From assembly GCF_009914755.1 (NCBI RefSeq), contig NC_060926.1: 64,000 nt of DNA; one strand, 5' to 3'. This stretch comes from the human T2T-CHM13v2.0 reference genome, Homo sapiens. The notes below the pieces were generated by a model, which ran no database searches, was not told the origin of the DNA, and saw only the letters and a list, made by a program, of their open reading frames with translations. How positions within the stretch are numbered: position 1 is the first letter of the stretch; each line of letters opens with the position of its first letter. Below, piece by piece: positions 25,605 through 40,063 of this stretch. The translations under genes were made by a program, and so were the position numbers.

Positions 25605-25806
25605 TTAGCGAATGTCCCTGAGTTTTTTTTCAGAAACTGGGACCCACCCCGCCCCCCGGCAAACAAATCTGCTGCCTCATAGACCTCAGATAAGGGGGAA
25701 CTGGAGACTGAACTCTAACATTCTTTGTTCTAAATTAACATCCTTAGGAACCTGGAGGAGGTCAGGCCCACAAGCCCAGCTAGCATTCTTTTCTACCGAT
25801 TCCAAA

Positions 25807-26105
25807 TTTTTTTTTTTTTTTTTTGAGATGGAGTCTCACTCAGCTGCTGAGGCTGGAGTGCAGTAGCACGATCTCGGCTCACCGCAACCACCATCTCCCG
25901 GGTTCAAGAGATTCTCTCATCTCAGCCTCCTGAGTAGCTGGGATTACAGGCACCCGCCAACATGCCTGGCTAATTTTTGTATTTTAGTAGAGACAGGGTT
26001 TCACCATGTTGGCCAGGCTGGTCTTGAACTCCTGATCTCAGGTGATCCGCCCTCCTCAGCCTCCCAAAGTGCTGGGATTACAGGTGTGAGCCACTGCGTC
26101 CAGCC
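25807..26105 (-). mobile_element. AluSx nested in MER39
   Basis: Full antisense Alu; TSD gattccaaat/gatttcaaat. Confidence 0.93.
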
Positions 26106-27129
26106 GATTTCAAATCTTTGGACAAAATTTTACCTCCTTAGCCAACTGCAAGTCAGAAAATATTTGAATTTTCCTATTATCTGTGGGCCCGCACTTTAAG
26201 ATGCCCCATCTTTTTAGGCCAAAACCAATGTGTAAACATCATATATTGATTCATAATTTTGCCAGTAATTTCTGCTTTCCTGAAATTTACCTCTGCTCTT
26301 AAACACCCTCACCTACAAGCCATCAAGGAGGTCAGGACTTAAGCATGAGCCACCTGGTCTTCCTTGCTTGGTGCCCTGCAAATAAACACCTGGCTGTTTC
26401 CCACTGCAAACCTCGGTGTGGATATCTGGTCTCACTGTGCTGGCCAAAAGGACCTCAGTTCTGCTCCACAACATCTGGGAGAACATGCTGAGGGCTTATC
26501 TACAGGCTTTGTGGTTCATTAGATTTACAGGACAAAGGAGAGGAGAAGAGAGTGGAAAGGATCCTTGTTCATGTAATCTCAATTACATTTGACCTCCTCA
26601 GAGGGAAGATAAGAACTAGCGGCTATGTGCTCAAATGCAGGCAAAGAGAAAACCAACAATATCCTCATAGAAATGAATATAATAATTCATTCAAACCTCA
26701 TACACCTGTTATGTGCACATAGTACCAAAATTGTACTTGCTTAAAAATAAATAGATGTTACTTATCAACAACACAAAATTAAATATTATATGTACACGTG
26801 CTGGCTGAACAACAGCTGTGTTTTGCTGCTTTCAACTAGAGCACAGCAGGCATTTTTCCACACCATTTCAGTTCTAAGGAAAAAAATCCATAGACACAGC
26901 AGGGAAAATGGACAGTAAGCCACATGTTTGCACTGACTTTGAAAAAGCCTGGCTTTTAAAGAACCAGAGAAATTAAGATGGAGACATATATTCCCATTCA
27001 TGTTACCCCCTGATTACTTACAAGGAGTAGAAATAAATGTGTCCAGGATTATACCCTAAAAGCTTTCCCTAATGTTGTATCATGCCTTCAAAATGGGCCA
27101 GTCTGTATTTTCAAATATTATTTAGTTAA

Positions 27130-27262
27130 AAAAATTTGACTTTGGAGTCAGTGAGGTTAGATTGAATTTCAAGCTAGATGAGCAGAGGTAAATTACTTGA
27201 AGCCTGTGGTTTCTGATTGTATAATAGGAAGATATTATCCACCTTGCAGGTACTATGAGTGC
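27130..27262 (+). mobile_element. MIR fragment
   Basis: gactttggagtcag...gtaaattacttgaagcctgtggtttc. Confidence 0.55.
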
Positions 27263-27923
27263 CTAACAGGCCCCTACTTTAATGTTCCAAATCATGAAAT
27301 AATTTTTTAAAACTCCAGAGGTCAAGGTGGTTTGCTTTTGAAACATGAGGAATATCGATATGTAGGTTTCATGTGAGAACATACATCCTTGGACTCTATG
27401 CCAGGGTCAGTGCCTGCAAGACGGATGGATGCTCAGTAATGCCTAAGTGCCTTGGTTAAAAGAAAAATAAAATTATTTGTGCAGTTATTTGTATCATCAG
27501 TTGATGAACTCCATTCCTCTTCTATTACATTCCAGGGATCCAAATCTTGAGAACACATCCTTAAGTATATCTTTTCTGAGAAGCAGAGGTTAATATCAAC
27601 TGCTGAAAATACATGCAGGCATAAGGCTAAATGTACTAACCATGCCAAAATATGATGTGATTGGCAGGAGAGCAATAATACACAAATATTTCTTGAAATA
27701 CCCATTTCCTTTCAAATAGAAGGTTTATTTTTCTTTCATGCTTTCCTCAAACAGAAACCCTCAAGCCTTGTTATGTTCCAATGCCACAAGCAAAATGTAC
27801 AGTTAGAAACCACCGGATCTAGCAGGGCCAGCCTGCCATTGTTATTTTGCAGAGGGAAGGGTAATATTCTCAGGAAGCTTTGTTCCAACAATATAATAAA
27901 GGCTACACGTTGTGAGTATTATC

Positions 27924-28535
27924 TGTGGCAGGCAGAATGACTCCCCAAAGAAATGCCCATGCCCTATTCCGTGGAACAGAATATATTACATTGCACGGAA
28001 GGAGGAAGTTGATAGATGAGAAAATATTCACAGACTTTAAGATAGGGAGATTTCCCTGGCTTATTGGGATGGGCTCAATCTCATCATATAACCCTTAAAA
28101 GCAGAAAATTTCTCAGCAGAAGAGTTAAGGCAGAAGGAGAAATCAGAGAGATTCCAAACATGAGAAGGACTCCATCTGCTGCTGTTGGTTTGAAGATGGA
28201 GGGGGCAACTAGATAAGGAAGGCCTGCAGGAGCTGAGAACAGCTCCCAGCTGACAGCCCACAAAAAAAAATAAAAAGAGGCCTCAACCCTATAACCAGAA
28301 AGATTGATTTCTGCCAACAATCTGAATAAACCTGGAAGTGAATCATCTCCCAGAGCCTCCACATAAAAGCCCTGCCAGATAACACCTTGAGTTCAGCCTT
28401 TTGAGACATGAACAAAAGACCCGGCCAACACTATCTGCGCTTCTGACCCACAGAACAGGAGGATAATACATTTATGCTGTTATAAGCCTCTAGGAATATG
28501 CTAATTTGTTACAGCAACAATAGAGAACTACAATA
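27924..28535 (+). mobile_element. MLT1E-like MaLR solo LTR
   Basis: tgtggcaggcagaat...gactttaagatagggaga...ccagctgacagcc...aatttgttacagcaacaatagagaacta. Confidence 0.85.
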
Positions 28536-28620
28536 GAAAAAGAGTGAAAATACAATACAGAATCCTGGAAAACTAGGCTTGGAGAGTGGGATCCTATTAG
28601 CAGCAGAAGTGGACACTCCT

Positions 28621-28781
<161 letters not shown>

Positions 28782-29681
28782 CTAAATAACTTATGAAGAA
28801 GACACCAGAGACACAAAAATGGTCCAGCAGTTTTGGAAATACTTTTGGAAAATATGAAGCTTGTTGCTGGTGGTGAGTGTGAATGTGTGTGTGTGTGTGT
28901 AAAGAAAGGCTTCAAAACTGGAATTAAAACATAGAATATTTGAAATAACAATTTCTGGTTTTGAATACCTTTTCTAAAGGTAAAGTCACATTTTTAAATA
29001 AGTCTTTATAATAAGCATGTATTTGAATGTGCAATTTAATTTAAGTAAACTAATTACACATTTATAAGTTGAATTCATTTTTAAAATGGTTTAATTTTTG
29101 CAACAATCAAAGTGACAATGTTCTGAACTTTATGTAATCAACATTTCAAGATTTAGCAAACATTTCTTGAATGCATATGTGCATGTATTTATGTGTGTGA
29201 GTGTAGAGTGGGATGTCTAAATGGTGTGAGCAAATGGTACCAGGGTATACAGCAAAGCTGCTTGAAGCCACCAAAACCATCGAGTATTTTCATTCCTCGA
29301 TGAAATACTGTTTAATCTGTGCTTTGAACGTGAGATAATCCTGAAGGTAGAGGGTGGGGAGTGTACTTTGTAAAGGCTGGGGCCACAGAATTCTAGGGAG
29401 TAACATCTGTAAAGTCACAGAGGTACATATGAGGATGGCTTGTTGAGGTGATACGGAAACACTGTGAACTTTCTTCTGGGGTCTCCCCTGTAAGAGGCTG
29501 CTCCCTCTCTGGTACCCTGCCCAGCAATTTCATTCTAGCTATTTCAGCAGCTTTGAACTCTGATCTGATTCCTAAGCTCATTAGGCCTATGATGTTCTCT
29601 ACTTCCTCTCTACCTCCCTGGGCTACAGTTAGGAGACTGTCCCTGAGCAGATTGCTGGATGAAGGTGAGGCCCACCATACG

Positions 29682-29990
29682 TTTATTTATTTATTTTTAT
29701 TTTATTTTGAGACAGGGTCTCACTCTGTCACCCCAGCTGGAGTGCAGAGATGCAATCACAGCTCACTGCAGCCTCGACCTCCTCAGGCTCAGGTGATCCT
29801 CCCACCTCAGCCTCCCAAGTAGCTGGGACTACAGGTGCACACCACCATGCCTGGATAATTTTTGTGTTTTTTGTAGAGATAGGGTTGTGCTATGTGGCCC
29901 AGTCTGATCGCCAGCTCCTGGACTCAAATGATCTGCCTGCCTCGGCCTCCCAAAGTACTAGAATTATAGGTGTGAGCCACTGGCTCAGCC
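29682..29990 (-). mobile_element. AluJ (Jb-like)
   Basis: gagacagggtctcac, cactgcagcctcgacctcc, gatcctcccacctcagcc. Confidence 0.92.
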
Positions 29991-30014
29991 CCACATGTAT
30001 TTTATTCTCTAAAT

Positions 30015-30528
30015 CAGGCATCCCTAATGCCCAGACCATGGACCAGCACCAGTCCATGGCCTGTTATGAACTGGGACACACAGTAGGAAGTGAGTGGCAG
30101 GTGAACAAGTGAAGCTTTATCTGTATTTACAGCTGCTCCTGATTGCTGGCTCTGCCTCCTTTCAGATCAACGGTGGCATTAGATTCTCATAGGAATGCAA
30201 ACCTTCTTGTGAACTGCACATGCGAGGGATCTAGGTTGCCTGCTCCTTGTGAGAATCTAATGCATGATGATCTGTCACTGTCTCCCATTGCCCTCAGATG
30301 GGACTGTCTAGCTGCAGGAAAACAAGCTCAGGGCTCCAACTGATTCTACATTATGATGAGTTGAATAATTGTTTCATTATGTGTTACAATGTAATAATAA
30401 TACAAATAAAGTGCACAATAAATATAATGTGCTTGAATCATCCTGAAATCATCCCCTCACCCACCCCATCTGTGAAGGATTGTCTTCGACAAAATGAGTC
30501 CCTGGTGCCAAAAAGGCTGGGAGTGCCA
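30015..30528 (+). mobile_element. MER1A (hAT-Charlie)
   Basis: ggcattagattctcatagg, gagaatctaatg, gtccctggtgccaaaaagg; 8-bp TSD ctctaaat/ctctaaac. Confidence 0.92.
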
Positions 30529-30562
30529 CTCTAAACGATGATGCTCTTGCACTCCCTATTAA

Positions 30563-31027
<465 letters not shown>

Positions 31028-33320
31028 TAAAATAAGAAGCTGAAGCCAAATGTTTTTGAGTAAAATGATGACATGATGAAATTTCTATTTTAAAAAAGTA
31101 GCAATTATACCAAAGAGAAAGGGAGAGGATAATGCTTATTGGGATGATGTTTAGTGGATAGAATTATCGATTTAATTGAGGGTGAGGGAATTGGAGGAAT
31201 TCAGAATGACAATGAGAATTTTAGCAGAAAATTTTGTATACAAAGCGGAAAATCCCAAAATAAGAGCAAGTTTCATTTGGTAGAGGAGATGACTGTGATT
31301 GGAAAAATCTCAAAAATGGATACAAATTTCCTTTCTACCACCTTTTCTGATCTTGTCACTTTGGCTTAGGGAGATGATTATACTACATGCTGTTGAGTGT
31401 CTGAGATGTTTCACAAGCAAACATTTTGACTAAAATTATCCAACATTGCAACAAAATCATTAAATTTCCACTTAGAAATCTGCAGAACAAATTCCATTAA
31501 GTCATTTAAATTCTGAATCAGTGTTCTATACAGGTCACTCAAGCTGTTTTAAATATTTTCCACTTTCATTTTCACTGGGATCCATTATTTTCCCTGTAAA
31601 TTTTTACAATAAGGATCTTTTTTATTGATGGTTTTGGTTTCTAGAAAATATGATGAGTTATAAATTTTGCTATGTGCATTTTAATGTGGGGTTATTATTT
31701 CTCATAAGTTCAATTCTTCTAGGTAACATTTTACAAGTCTACATTCTGTCAATATTGTTTCTTCTCTCAGTTGAAATGACTATTTAATTTTATCAGTTAG
31801 AGGATTTTTTTCCTGTCATCTTTACGTTGGTTTAATATTTTGCTACTAATGTTATTATGTACTGGATAAAAGACTAATAATTTATATTCATGTCATAGCT
31901 AATCCATGAAAAAATGGAAAATAATTGCAGCATCACTGTATTATTTAAACTCTTTGCCTGAATCAAAATTACTTTTTCAACTTTTAGGTATTTCAGTTAT
32001 CCTGGCCTTGTTCTCCCTTAAGTAGGGCTGCATATAATTTTATCCTCTTCGGGGCTAGAGTTTCTCAATTTCACCAATTAGCTTCAGATTGCAGGACACC
32101 TGCTTTGGAATTTGCTTGCACAGATAAAATGCAACTGGGAAAATTTTTAAAGTCACTTCGTCTTGGTTGATCTTTCATATACTGACTAGACCTGGAGAAG
32201 AAAACAAACAAATTGCTAAGTCCCAAGATACCATGGAAGTCATAAATGAGTATATTTGGAACAACATAAGATTAACTGAAGCCATCTGGCATGTTGACTG
32301 CTGACTGTTGAAAGCACAACAGGTCAAAATGAACCCAGATTTGAAATTGGCAGGGTTAAAACATTTTGCTTCACTCAGAAACTATTTCTAGATTCCAAGA
32401 AATTAAGAAAAACTAATTTCTCACCTCTAGAGTTATAAAGATAATATAATGTTCTAGAATGGGCATCCTGAAAAGGCAAACTTTATGGCCACAAATGCAT
32501 TTTTCCCTGAAAATTGGTCAATTAAAAATGCAAATAGCAGCCAAACTCTTGGATATAGCTTTGCAGCTTTCCCCACCATCAACTTTCTTAAATGCGTCAC
32601 ATTTTCTGAGAATTTACTTTCAACAATGGCTGAGGCATCATTTTAAGTCTCAGTCTTATGAAAACAAAGATTTTCCTGAAACAGGGTTATCTTTTTAACT
32701 GTGTAGTGTATTTCTTGATATGGTGTGTTTCCAAAATCATCCAACTTCTTCAATGTGGTATAGAAATCAAAAAGAAAGAGAGAAAACAGTGTCTGAAGAA
32801 AATATTGCTGCCTGTGTGATCCAGGGTTTTGCCCCTATTGATGCAAAGGGTTGAGTGCAGTGGGAGCCAGGTGGCTCGATAACAGGAACGCAGCCTGCAT
32901 TTCTGAAATATGTTTTATATTTCCAAAACTAAATCTAAGTGCACTGCTAGCTGTGCAGGTCTAGGAAGTGTCATTATGTTTCTGCCTTTTAATTTTTTAA
33001 CCAGAATATTTGTAACAGGAAAACTCAGAACACACAATGCTACTACTACTCTGTATACATACATAGGGAATCTTATAGTTCAAGCCTCATTGTCAAAGTC
33101 ATCACTTCCTTTAACCCCTTCTACAAGAGCTCTTTGTTAGCTATTAGGATTCCTGCTTAGGATGAAGAAGTGGTTAAGCACAACGAGGACCAGATTTTCT
33201 CAGCCATTCTTTTAACAACTGTACTGTTCCATCTGGCTTGCAATCTCTATCTCTTCATCTAAAATTATTATAATTTCCAATTTTTTTCAGCAATTTTTTT
33301 AACAGATTTTTTTTTTACAA

Positions 33321-33657
<337 letters not shown>

Positions 33658-33696
33658 ATTTTTCATGAATTTTCATTGCTTATTTTAAATAATGAA

Positions 33697-34763
33697 TGCT
33701 ATACACTGAATGTTTGTGTCCCCCAAATTCATATGTTAAATCCTAGTCTCCAAAATGTGATGGTGTTAGGAGGTGGGGACTTTGGGAGGTGATCAGGCAT
33801 GAAGGTGGAATCCTTATGAATGGGATTTGTGTCCTTATAAAAGAGACTCCAGAGAGCTTTTCTGCCCCTTGTGTCATCTGAGGTTATAACAAGAAGACAG
33901 TCATCTGTGAACAAGGAGACTGGTACTAAATATTCTGGCACTTCGAATTTTGAATTTTCTAGGAATTCCCAGCCTCTTGACTGGTGGGAAATAAATCTCT
34001 ATTGCTTATAAGCCACTGTTGTGACTTTTATTGTTATGTTTTCTTTCTAATGTTGTCTTGAGGTCTCTCTTGAGAGTGGCCATAAGCCCAGATAGCCACT
34101 TTCTGGGAGAGCCCTGACCAGGGGATGGTTAGGATTTGGGTGTGCCGGTCAGGTGAGATTCGAGGAGGTGTGGTGAAATAAAAATGCATGAAACAGGAGA
34201 AATTCATTGCTTACAGGTCCTGGAGAGGACAGGCGTGCTGATGGGAGACTGATGCGAAGTCTGTAGGTTGTGGGGAGCTCAACCAGTGGGTGAGGGAGAG
34301 AAATACTGAGAGAGAGAGAGAGACAGAGAGAGACAGAGAGACAGAGAGAGAGAGAGACAGAGAGAGAGAGAGAATGAGCTGGGACATGCCTGTATTAGTG
34401 TTCCATGGGCATTATTCTGAGGCTTTCCCTTGATGGTTGTGGATTGAGCAGTTTAAAGAAAATGGCCGCAAAGCAGGGAGCTTATTAACATAACTGTGGC
34501 ATTGACCATTAGGTTTTCTCTTGGTCAGAAGCTATGGAGTGTTTGGAACTTGATTCAGATGAGGAACAAGTGGACCCTATGGCAGACAATCACACAGGGA
34601 GGGGATGTTTTAATTAGGCCAAAGGTGTTGGGATACAAGTGGGTGTCAAAAAATTTATGTCAGGCCTAAAGATGCATGCGGAGGCAGCAACTGTATTAAA
34701 CAAATTCAGGACAGCTACCCAGTCTTTGGTAGTTTGTTAGAACAGCCCAAACAAACGGAGACA
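33697..34763 (+). mobile_element. MLT1A MaLR solo LTR split by MER76
   Basis: tgctatacactgaatgtttgtgtccccc...ataagccac | gctacccagtc...ggagaca; TSD atgaa/gtgaa. Confidence 0.88.
34017..34713 (-). mobile_element. MER76-like ERVL LTR nested in MLT1A, with internal (GA)n tract
   Basis: TG...CA termini; 5-bp TSD gccac/gctac; minus-strand start tgtcctgaatttgtttaatacagttgctgcctc. Confidence 0.75.
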
Positions 34764-35369
34764 GTGAATATCACGCCTCCTTGAATCTGTGTTATGGGAA
34801 GGGTATACTGATCAGCAGCAATACAAAGGTAGGTGTTTTCCACATCCTGTCTTACCAGTGAGAATGCCGTCAAGCCTTTACTGCTCACTGTGCGCTCCTC
34901 TCTGACCCAGTTCCGTCTCTATCCATTCCGCACCCCACATGACCGCCACCCTGAAGTTTCTGTCTATCATCATGTCCTAACTTTTCTCTGTAGTTTATTT
35001 GCTGATGAATATATCTATGGCTAATATTCAATGTTTAAGTGCCAGTATGCCTGTTTGTAAAATATTAAAATACTTCCTGACCAGTTAGTAAACAGTCACA
35101 TCCCAAACCCTGGAGGACCCACCCGCCCTGGCTGTTCAAACCTATTGTTTGGGCCCTTCTGGACCTTCCCATGATCCAGAAGGTAAAAGGTTTCTTCCTG
35201 GCACAATCAAGCACCTCCAGGAACCTTCTCCAGCACTATGGCCGGCATCTATTCTGTCTGGTCAATGCCCACATGGTACCATTCATTAAATATTTTGAGG
35301 ATCCCCCTTCAAAATATTCTCAAATAATGTATTGTTTAGATTTTTGTGGCTTTTGAAATTGTTTGGTTG

Positions 35370-36420
35370 TTTTTAAATGGCTGTAGTTAATTGTCATTTG
35401 TGTCTACTATTCCATTGTATGACTATTTCAAAATCTACTTACTGTAGTAAATATTTGTGTTGTTTATAATTATTTGATAATATGACAACTTCTATGAATA
35501 TTTTTATATGTTTCCTGGTGCACCTGTGTAAAGGTCTTTCTAGGTAAGTGAGTCTGGGAGATCGATAGGTTAGTGGGTTTGTGGGTCTTCATATTGGCTT
35601 GAAAATGTTGTTATTTTTCAAAATGGTTGTAACAATTTACACTCTCATCAGTATCACCAAATACTTCCTATTACCCACATCACTACCAACACTTTATATT
35701 ACCAGGCTTTTAAATGTGGGCCAAATTGGTAGGTGGAAATGATATCTTATTGGATTTTAAGCATTTCCCTGATTACTGGTGAGATCAAATATTTTTACAT
35801 GTTTATTTCTCATCCATGCATTCTCTTCTTTGAAGTTCATATTCAAGTGTTTTGCTCATTTTACTAGAGTATTTTTGTTCTTTTTGTTATCAATTTGCAG
35901 GATTTCTTGATATGTTCTTGATACAAATTTTTTCTGTTACGTGTTACAGTCATTAGCTCAAGGTTTTCAATTTGTCATTTCCCTTTCTTTATGGTATCCT
36001 TTGAGGAACAGAAGGTTTTTAATTTTAATATGGTCAAAGTTATTGATGTTTCCCTTTTAAAAATTTGTTGAGTGTGTATATGATGTTCTTCCCTGACTTT
36101 AAAATATACAAACTTTTTTTTGTGTTACCTTCTAAGAGTTTTCTATTTTTACTTTTCCCACTTAGATCTTTAAGCAACCTATATATTTTTAATATGATGT
36201 GAGGTAGGAATGCAATGTTATCTTATTTTTTCCAATACAGATAGATAATTGTTCCAGCATTATTCATTTTTACTTTCTTGTCTTACTGGTCTTAGTTGCC
36301 ACATCTGTCAAAACTGAAATTTCAGTAAGTATTTTTTCTGGGTTCCTTTTCTCTCCTCCAGTGGTTTATATACTTTAATGTCTTAATAGCTATACCTTCA
36401 TAGTAATTATAAACACCCAG
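35370..36420 (-). mobile_element. Old L1M (L1ME-like) ORF2 3' region
   Basis: caaaatggttgtaacaatttacactc, tttccctgattactggtgag, gaacagaaggtttttaattttaat. Confidence 0.8.
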
Positions 36421-36462
36421 ATTGACAGGTATCAGAGCATTATCCTTTCATCTTTACAGATC

Positions 36463-36576
36463 ATTTAAAAATCAGCTTTACTGAGGTGTAATTTACATAT
36501 AGTAAAATACACTAATTTAAGGTACATAATTCAGTAACTTCTGACTCTGCAGATACCTGTGTAACAACCATCATAA
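36463..36576 (-). mobile_element. L1M 3' terminal fragment
   Basis: cagctttactgaggtgtaatttacatatagtaaaat...cctgtgtaacaacc. Confidence 0.7.
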
Positions 36577-36579
36577 TAT

Positions 36580-37385
36580 TTATGAAACCACTGTTTTTAG
36601 ACTTGGACAACAAGCATCCCAGGACTATGCCCTCAAGAGAAGAGATCACACCAGAGAAGTGTTAATGACTGCTCTGGCTTTCTGCCTAGAGGCACTTTCA
36701 GGAACGTGGGAATGTGGTGTACGTATGGAGAACCCAAGCAGATTACAACAATCTTGCTGAATTAAGAAAACAGAGACCGGGATTCAAGAATGTGGAGGCA
36801 GCTGTAATTTTTAGGACAGAGTACTGAAGAGGAGGGAGCTACATAGAGAAAGCTCCAGAAAACTGTGTAAAGCTCTTCATGAGTTTGTCACCAAATATCA
36901 AACCAAACATGTAAGCTAAGCAATTCCAAGAGCCCCACAGGACTAGGGACAGAACTCTGACCAGACAGAGTAGAAAGATATCACCGAACACCTGGGGCAT
37001 TCAGTAGAGCTCCAGAAGGGCCACAGCTTAGTGGTATGTCTGTGTCTAAGACTATTTAAGATAAAACAACAAAATTTAGCTCTCAATAATGTAACACACT
37101 GAACAGCATGCAATAAAAAAGTACTAAATATGCAAAGAGCGGAAAATGTAACACATAGGAGGAAATTTTAACATAGAAACAACCCAGGAATAACAGAGTT
37201 GATAGGATTAACACACAGGAATTTTAAAATGTTGTTTTAAATATGCTTAAGAATGTGATAGAAAACATAAACAGTACAAAGAGAGAAATGAAAAACAGAA
37301 AATATAAAACTTGTAAAAATGAAAAATACAATGAAATAATTATATTGTACGAGATTAGCAGATCAGACACTTTTGAAGAAAGGGT
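36580..37385 (+). mobile_element. L1M 5'UTR/ORF1-start fragment
   Basis: ggctttctgcctagaggcacttt, gagggagctac..agagaaagctccaga, then A-rich ORF1-like sequence ending cagatcagacact..gaagaaa. Confidence 0.6.
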
Positions 37386-37492
37386 GTTTTGTGGTTAGAG
37401 ATTCTCAGGATTTCTCTCTGCCCTACCCCAATATTGAGATGGGCAAGTTTCCTTGTTTTCCCCTTCTGTAAGGTATGCATTTTTAATTCATC

Positions 37493-39725
37493 TGATATGG
37501 TCTGACTTTTTGTTCCTACTCAAATCTCATCTTGAATTGCAATCTGAATTGTAATCCCTATGTGTTGTGGGAGGGACCTCGTGGGAGGTGATTGAATCAT
37601 GGGTGTGGTTCTCCCATGCTGTTCTCATGATATTGAGTGAGTAATCATGAGATCTGATGGTTTTATAAGGGAGTCTCCCCTCTTCACTCTGCACTTTTCT
37701 CTCCTGCTACCTTGTGAAGAAGGACATGTTTGCTTCCCCTTCTGCCATGATTAGAAGTTTCCTGAGGCCTCCCCAGCCACCTGGATCTGTGAGTAAATTA
37801 AACCTCTTTTCTTTTAAATTACCTAGTCTCAGGTATTTCTTTATAGCTGTGTTAAAACAGACTAATACAGTAAATTGGCACTGAAGTAGTGGGGCACTGC
37901 TATAAAGATACTTGAAAATGTGGAAATGACTTTGGAACTGGGTAATAGGCAGAGGTTGGAACAGTTTGGAGGTCTCAGAAGAAGATAGGAAGATATGGGA
38001 AACTTTGGGACTTCCTAGAGACTTGTTGAATGGTTTTGACCAAAATGCTGATAGTGATACGGACAATGAAGTCCAGCCAGATAGGGGCTCTGATGGAGAT
38101 AAGGAACTTGTTGGGAGCTGGAACAAAGGTCACTCTTTAGCAAAGAGACTAGTGGCATTTTGTCCCTGCCCTAGAGATCTATGGAACTTTGAACTTGAGA
38201 AAGATGTTTTAGGGTATCTGGCAGAAGAAATTTCTATGCAGCAAAGCATTCGAGAGCTCACCTGGTTGATTCTGAGAGCTTTTAGTTATATACACTCACA
38301 AAGAGATGGTTCGAAGTTAGAACTTATATTTAAAGGATAAGCAGAGTGTAAAAGTTTGGAAAATTTGCAGTCTGATCACGTAGTAGGAAAGAAATACCTG
38401 TTCTCTGGGGAGGAATTCAAGCCAGCTGCAGAAATTTGCATGAGAAGCTGAATGTTAATAGCCAATATGATGGGGATAATGTCTCCAGGGCATGTCAGAG
38501 ACCTTTAGGGCAGGCCCTCCCATTATAGGCCTGGAGGCTTAGGGGGAAATAATGGTTTCATGGGTCATGCCCAGGGCCCTGTTCCTGCTCTGTGCAGCTG
38601 CAGGAGTTGGTGCCTTGCTTCCTGGCCACTCCAGCCATGGCTAAAAAAGACCAGGGTACAGCTCAGGCCATTGCCTCAGAGAATGCAACCCCCACGCCTT
38701 GGCAGCATCCACGTGGTGTTGGGCCTGCAGGTGCACATAAGTCAAGAATTGAGGTTTGGGAACTTTCACCTACATTTCAGAGGATATATGGAAATGCCTG
38801 GATGTCCAGGCAGAAGTTTGCCACAGGGGTGGAGCCCTCATCGAGAACCTCGGCTAGGGCAGTGTGGAAGGAAAATGTGGGGTCGAAGCCCCCACACAGA
38901 GTCCCCACTGGGCCACTGCCTAGTAGAGCTGTGAGAAGAGGGCTACCTCCTTCCAGACTCCAGAATGGTAGATCCACTGACAGCTTGCTCCCGGATGTGA
39001 GACATGGAATCAAAGGAGATTATGTTGGAGCTTTAAGATTTAATGAGTGCCCTCCTGGATTTAGGGTTTGCATGGGGCCTGTAGCTCCTTTGTTTTGTCC
39101 AATTTCTTCCATTTGGAATGGGAACATTTATCCAATACTGGCACCCCCAGTGTATCTAGGAAGTAACTAACTTGCTTTTGATTTTAAAGGCCCCTAGTCA
39201 GAAGGGACTTACCTTGTCTCAGATGAGACTTCGGACATGGACTTTTGAGTTAATGCTAGAATGAGTTAAGACTGAAGAACTATTGGGGAAGCATGATTTT
39301 GTTTTGAAATGTGAGAAAGATGAGACCTAGGAGGGGCCATGGTAGGACTGATATGGTCTGGATCTGTGTCCCCACCCAGACCTTATCTTGAATTATAATC
39401 TAAATTGTAATCCCTACATGTTGAGGGAGGGACCTCATTGGAGGTGATTGCATCATGGGCCGTTTCCCCCATGCTGTTCTCATAATAGTGAGTGAGTTCT
39501 CATGAGTTCTGATGGTTTTATAAGGGGCTCTTCCCTCTTTGCTCTGAACTTTTCTCTCATGCTGCTTTGTGAAGAAGGACATGTTTGCTTCCCCTTCCAC
39601 CATGGTTGTAAGTTTCCTAAGGCCTTCCCAGACATGCAGAACTGTGAGTCAATCAAACCTCTTTTCTTTATAAGTTACCCAATCTCAGATATTTCTTTAG
39701 AGTGGTGTGAAAATGGACTAATATA
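37493..39725 (+). mobile_element. Full-length THE1 (THE1D-like) MaLR: 5'LTR 37493-37869, internal 37870-39348, 3'LTR 39349-39725
   Basis: Two LTRs flanking THE1-int (gtaaattgg...ttggaactgggtaa...ggaggggcc); TSD tcatc/ttatc. ORFs 37966-38340 and 38592-39170 are fragments of the decayed MaLR ORF. Confidence 0.95.
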
Positions 39726-40063
39726 TTATCCTAAGAGAAAGCATACTTACCTAGTATTCTATATTTACATTGAGATGTTCTATTTGTTTCTGTGCCTTGG
39801 GGGAGTTCTCAACTTTATTGCCTGCTGTTGCCACCTTATGCCTCAAAACAAAGGCTCAAATTACCATGGTGTGACTTCTATGCTTTTATGCAAAAGCAAA
39901 TTTTAATGCTTGCTTACCTCCCAAAGTTTATTTTTTCACAATATTTTTAGCATGTGTGCATTCTTTACTTTCTTGCCAGGTTCGTGATTCCTTTGAAAAC
40001 CTTGTCTTAAACATTGTTTTCATCAGTCTGAGTTATTTTTGCATGATAAACTCTCACGGTGTC

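Larger units (their letters stand above)
23818..26473 (+). mobile_element. MER39 ERV1 solo LTR broken into four pieces by nested MER21A, MER50 and Alu
   Basis: Pieces 23818-23957, 24734-24836, 25605-25806 and 26106-26473 join into a continuous MER39-like LTR ending ...caaca. Confidence 0.8.

Noticed and set aside
32321-32335. AGGTCA-N3-TGAACC nuclear receptor inverted repeat
   Set aside because: A single imperfect motif, expected by chance in 64 kb.
36463-37385. Second possible inverted L1
   Set aside because: The pieces are the extreme 3' end and a 5' region, not adjacent in the consensus, so independent fragments are more likely.
37966-39170. 124- and 192-aa ORFs as a host gene
   Set aside because: They are broken pieces of the THE1 internal ORF, with stops and frameshifts between them.
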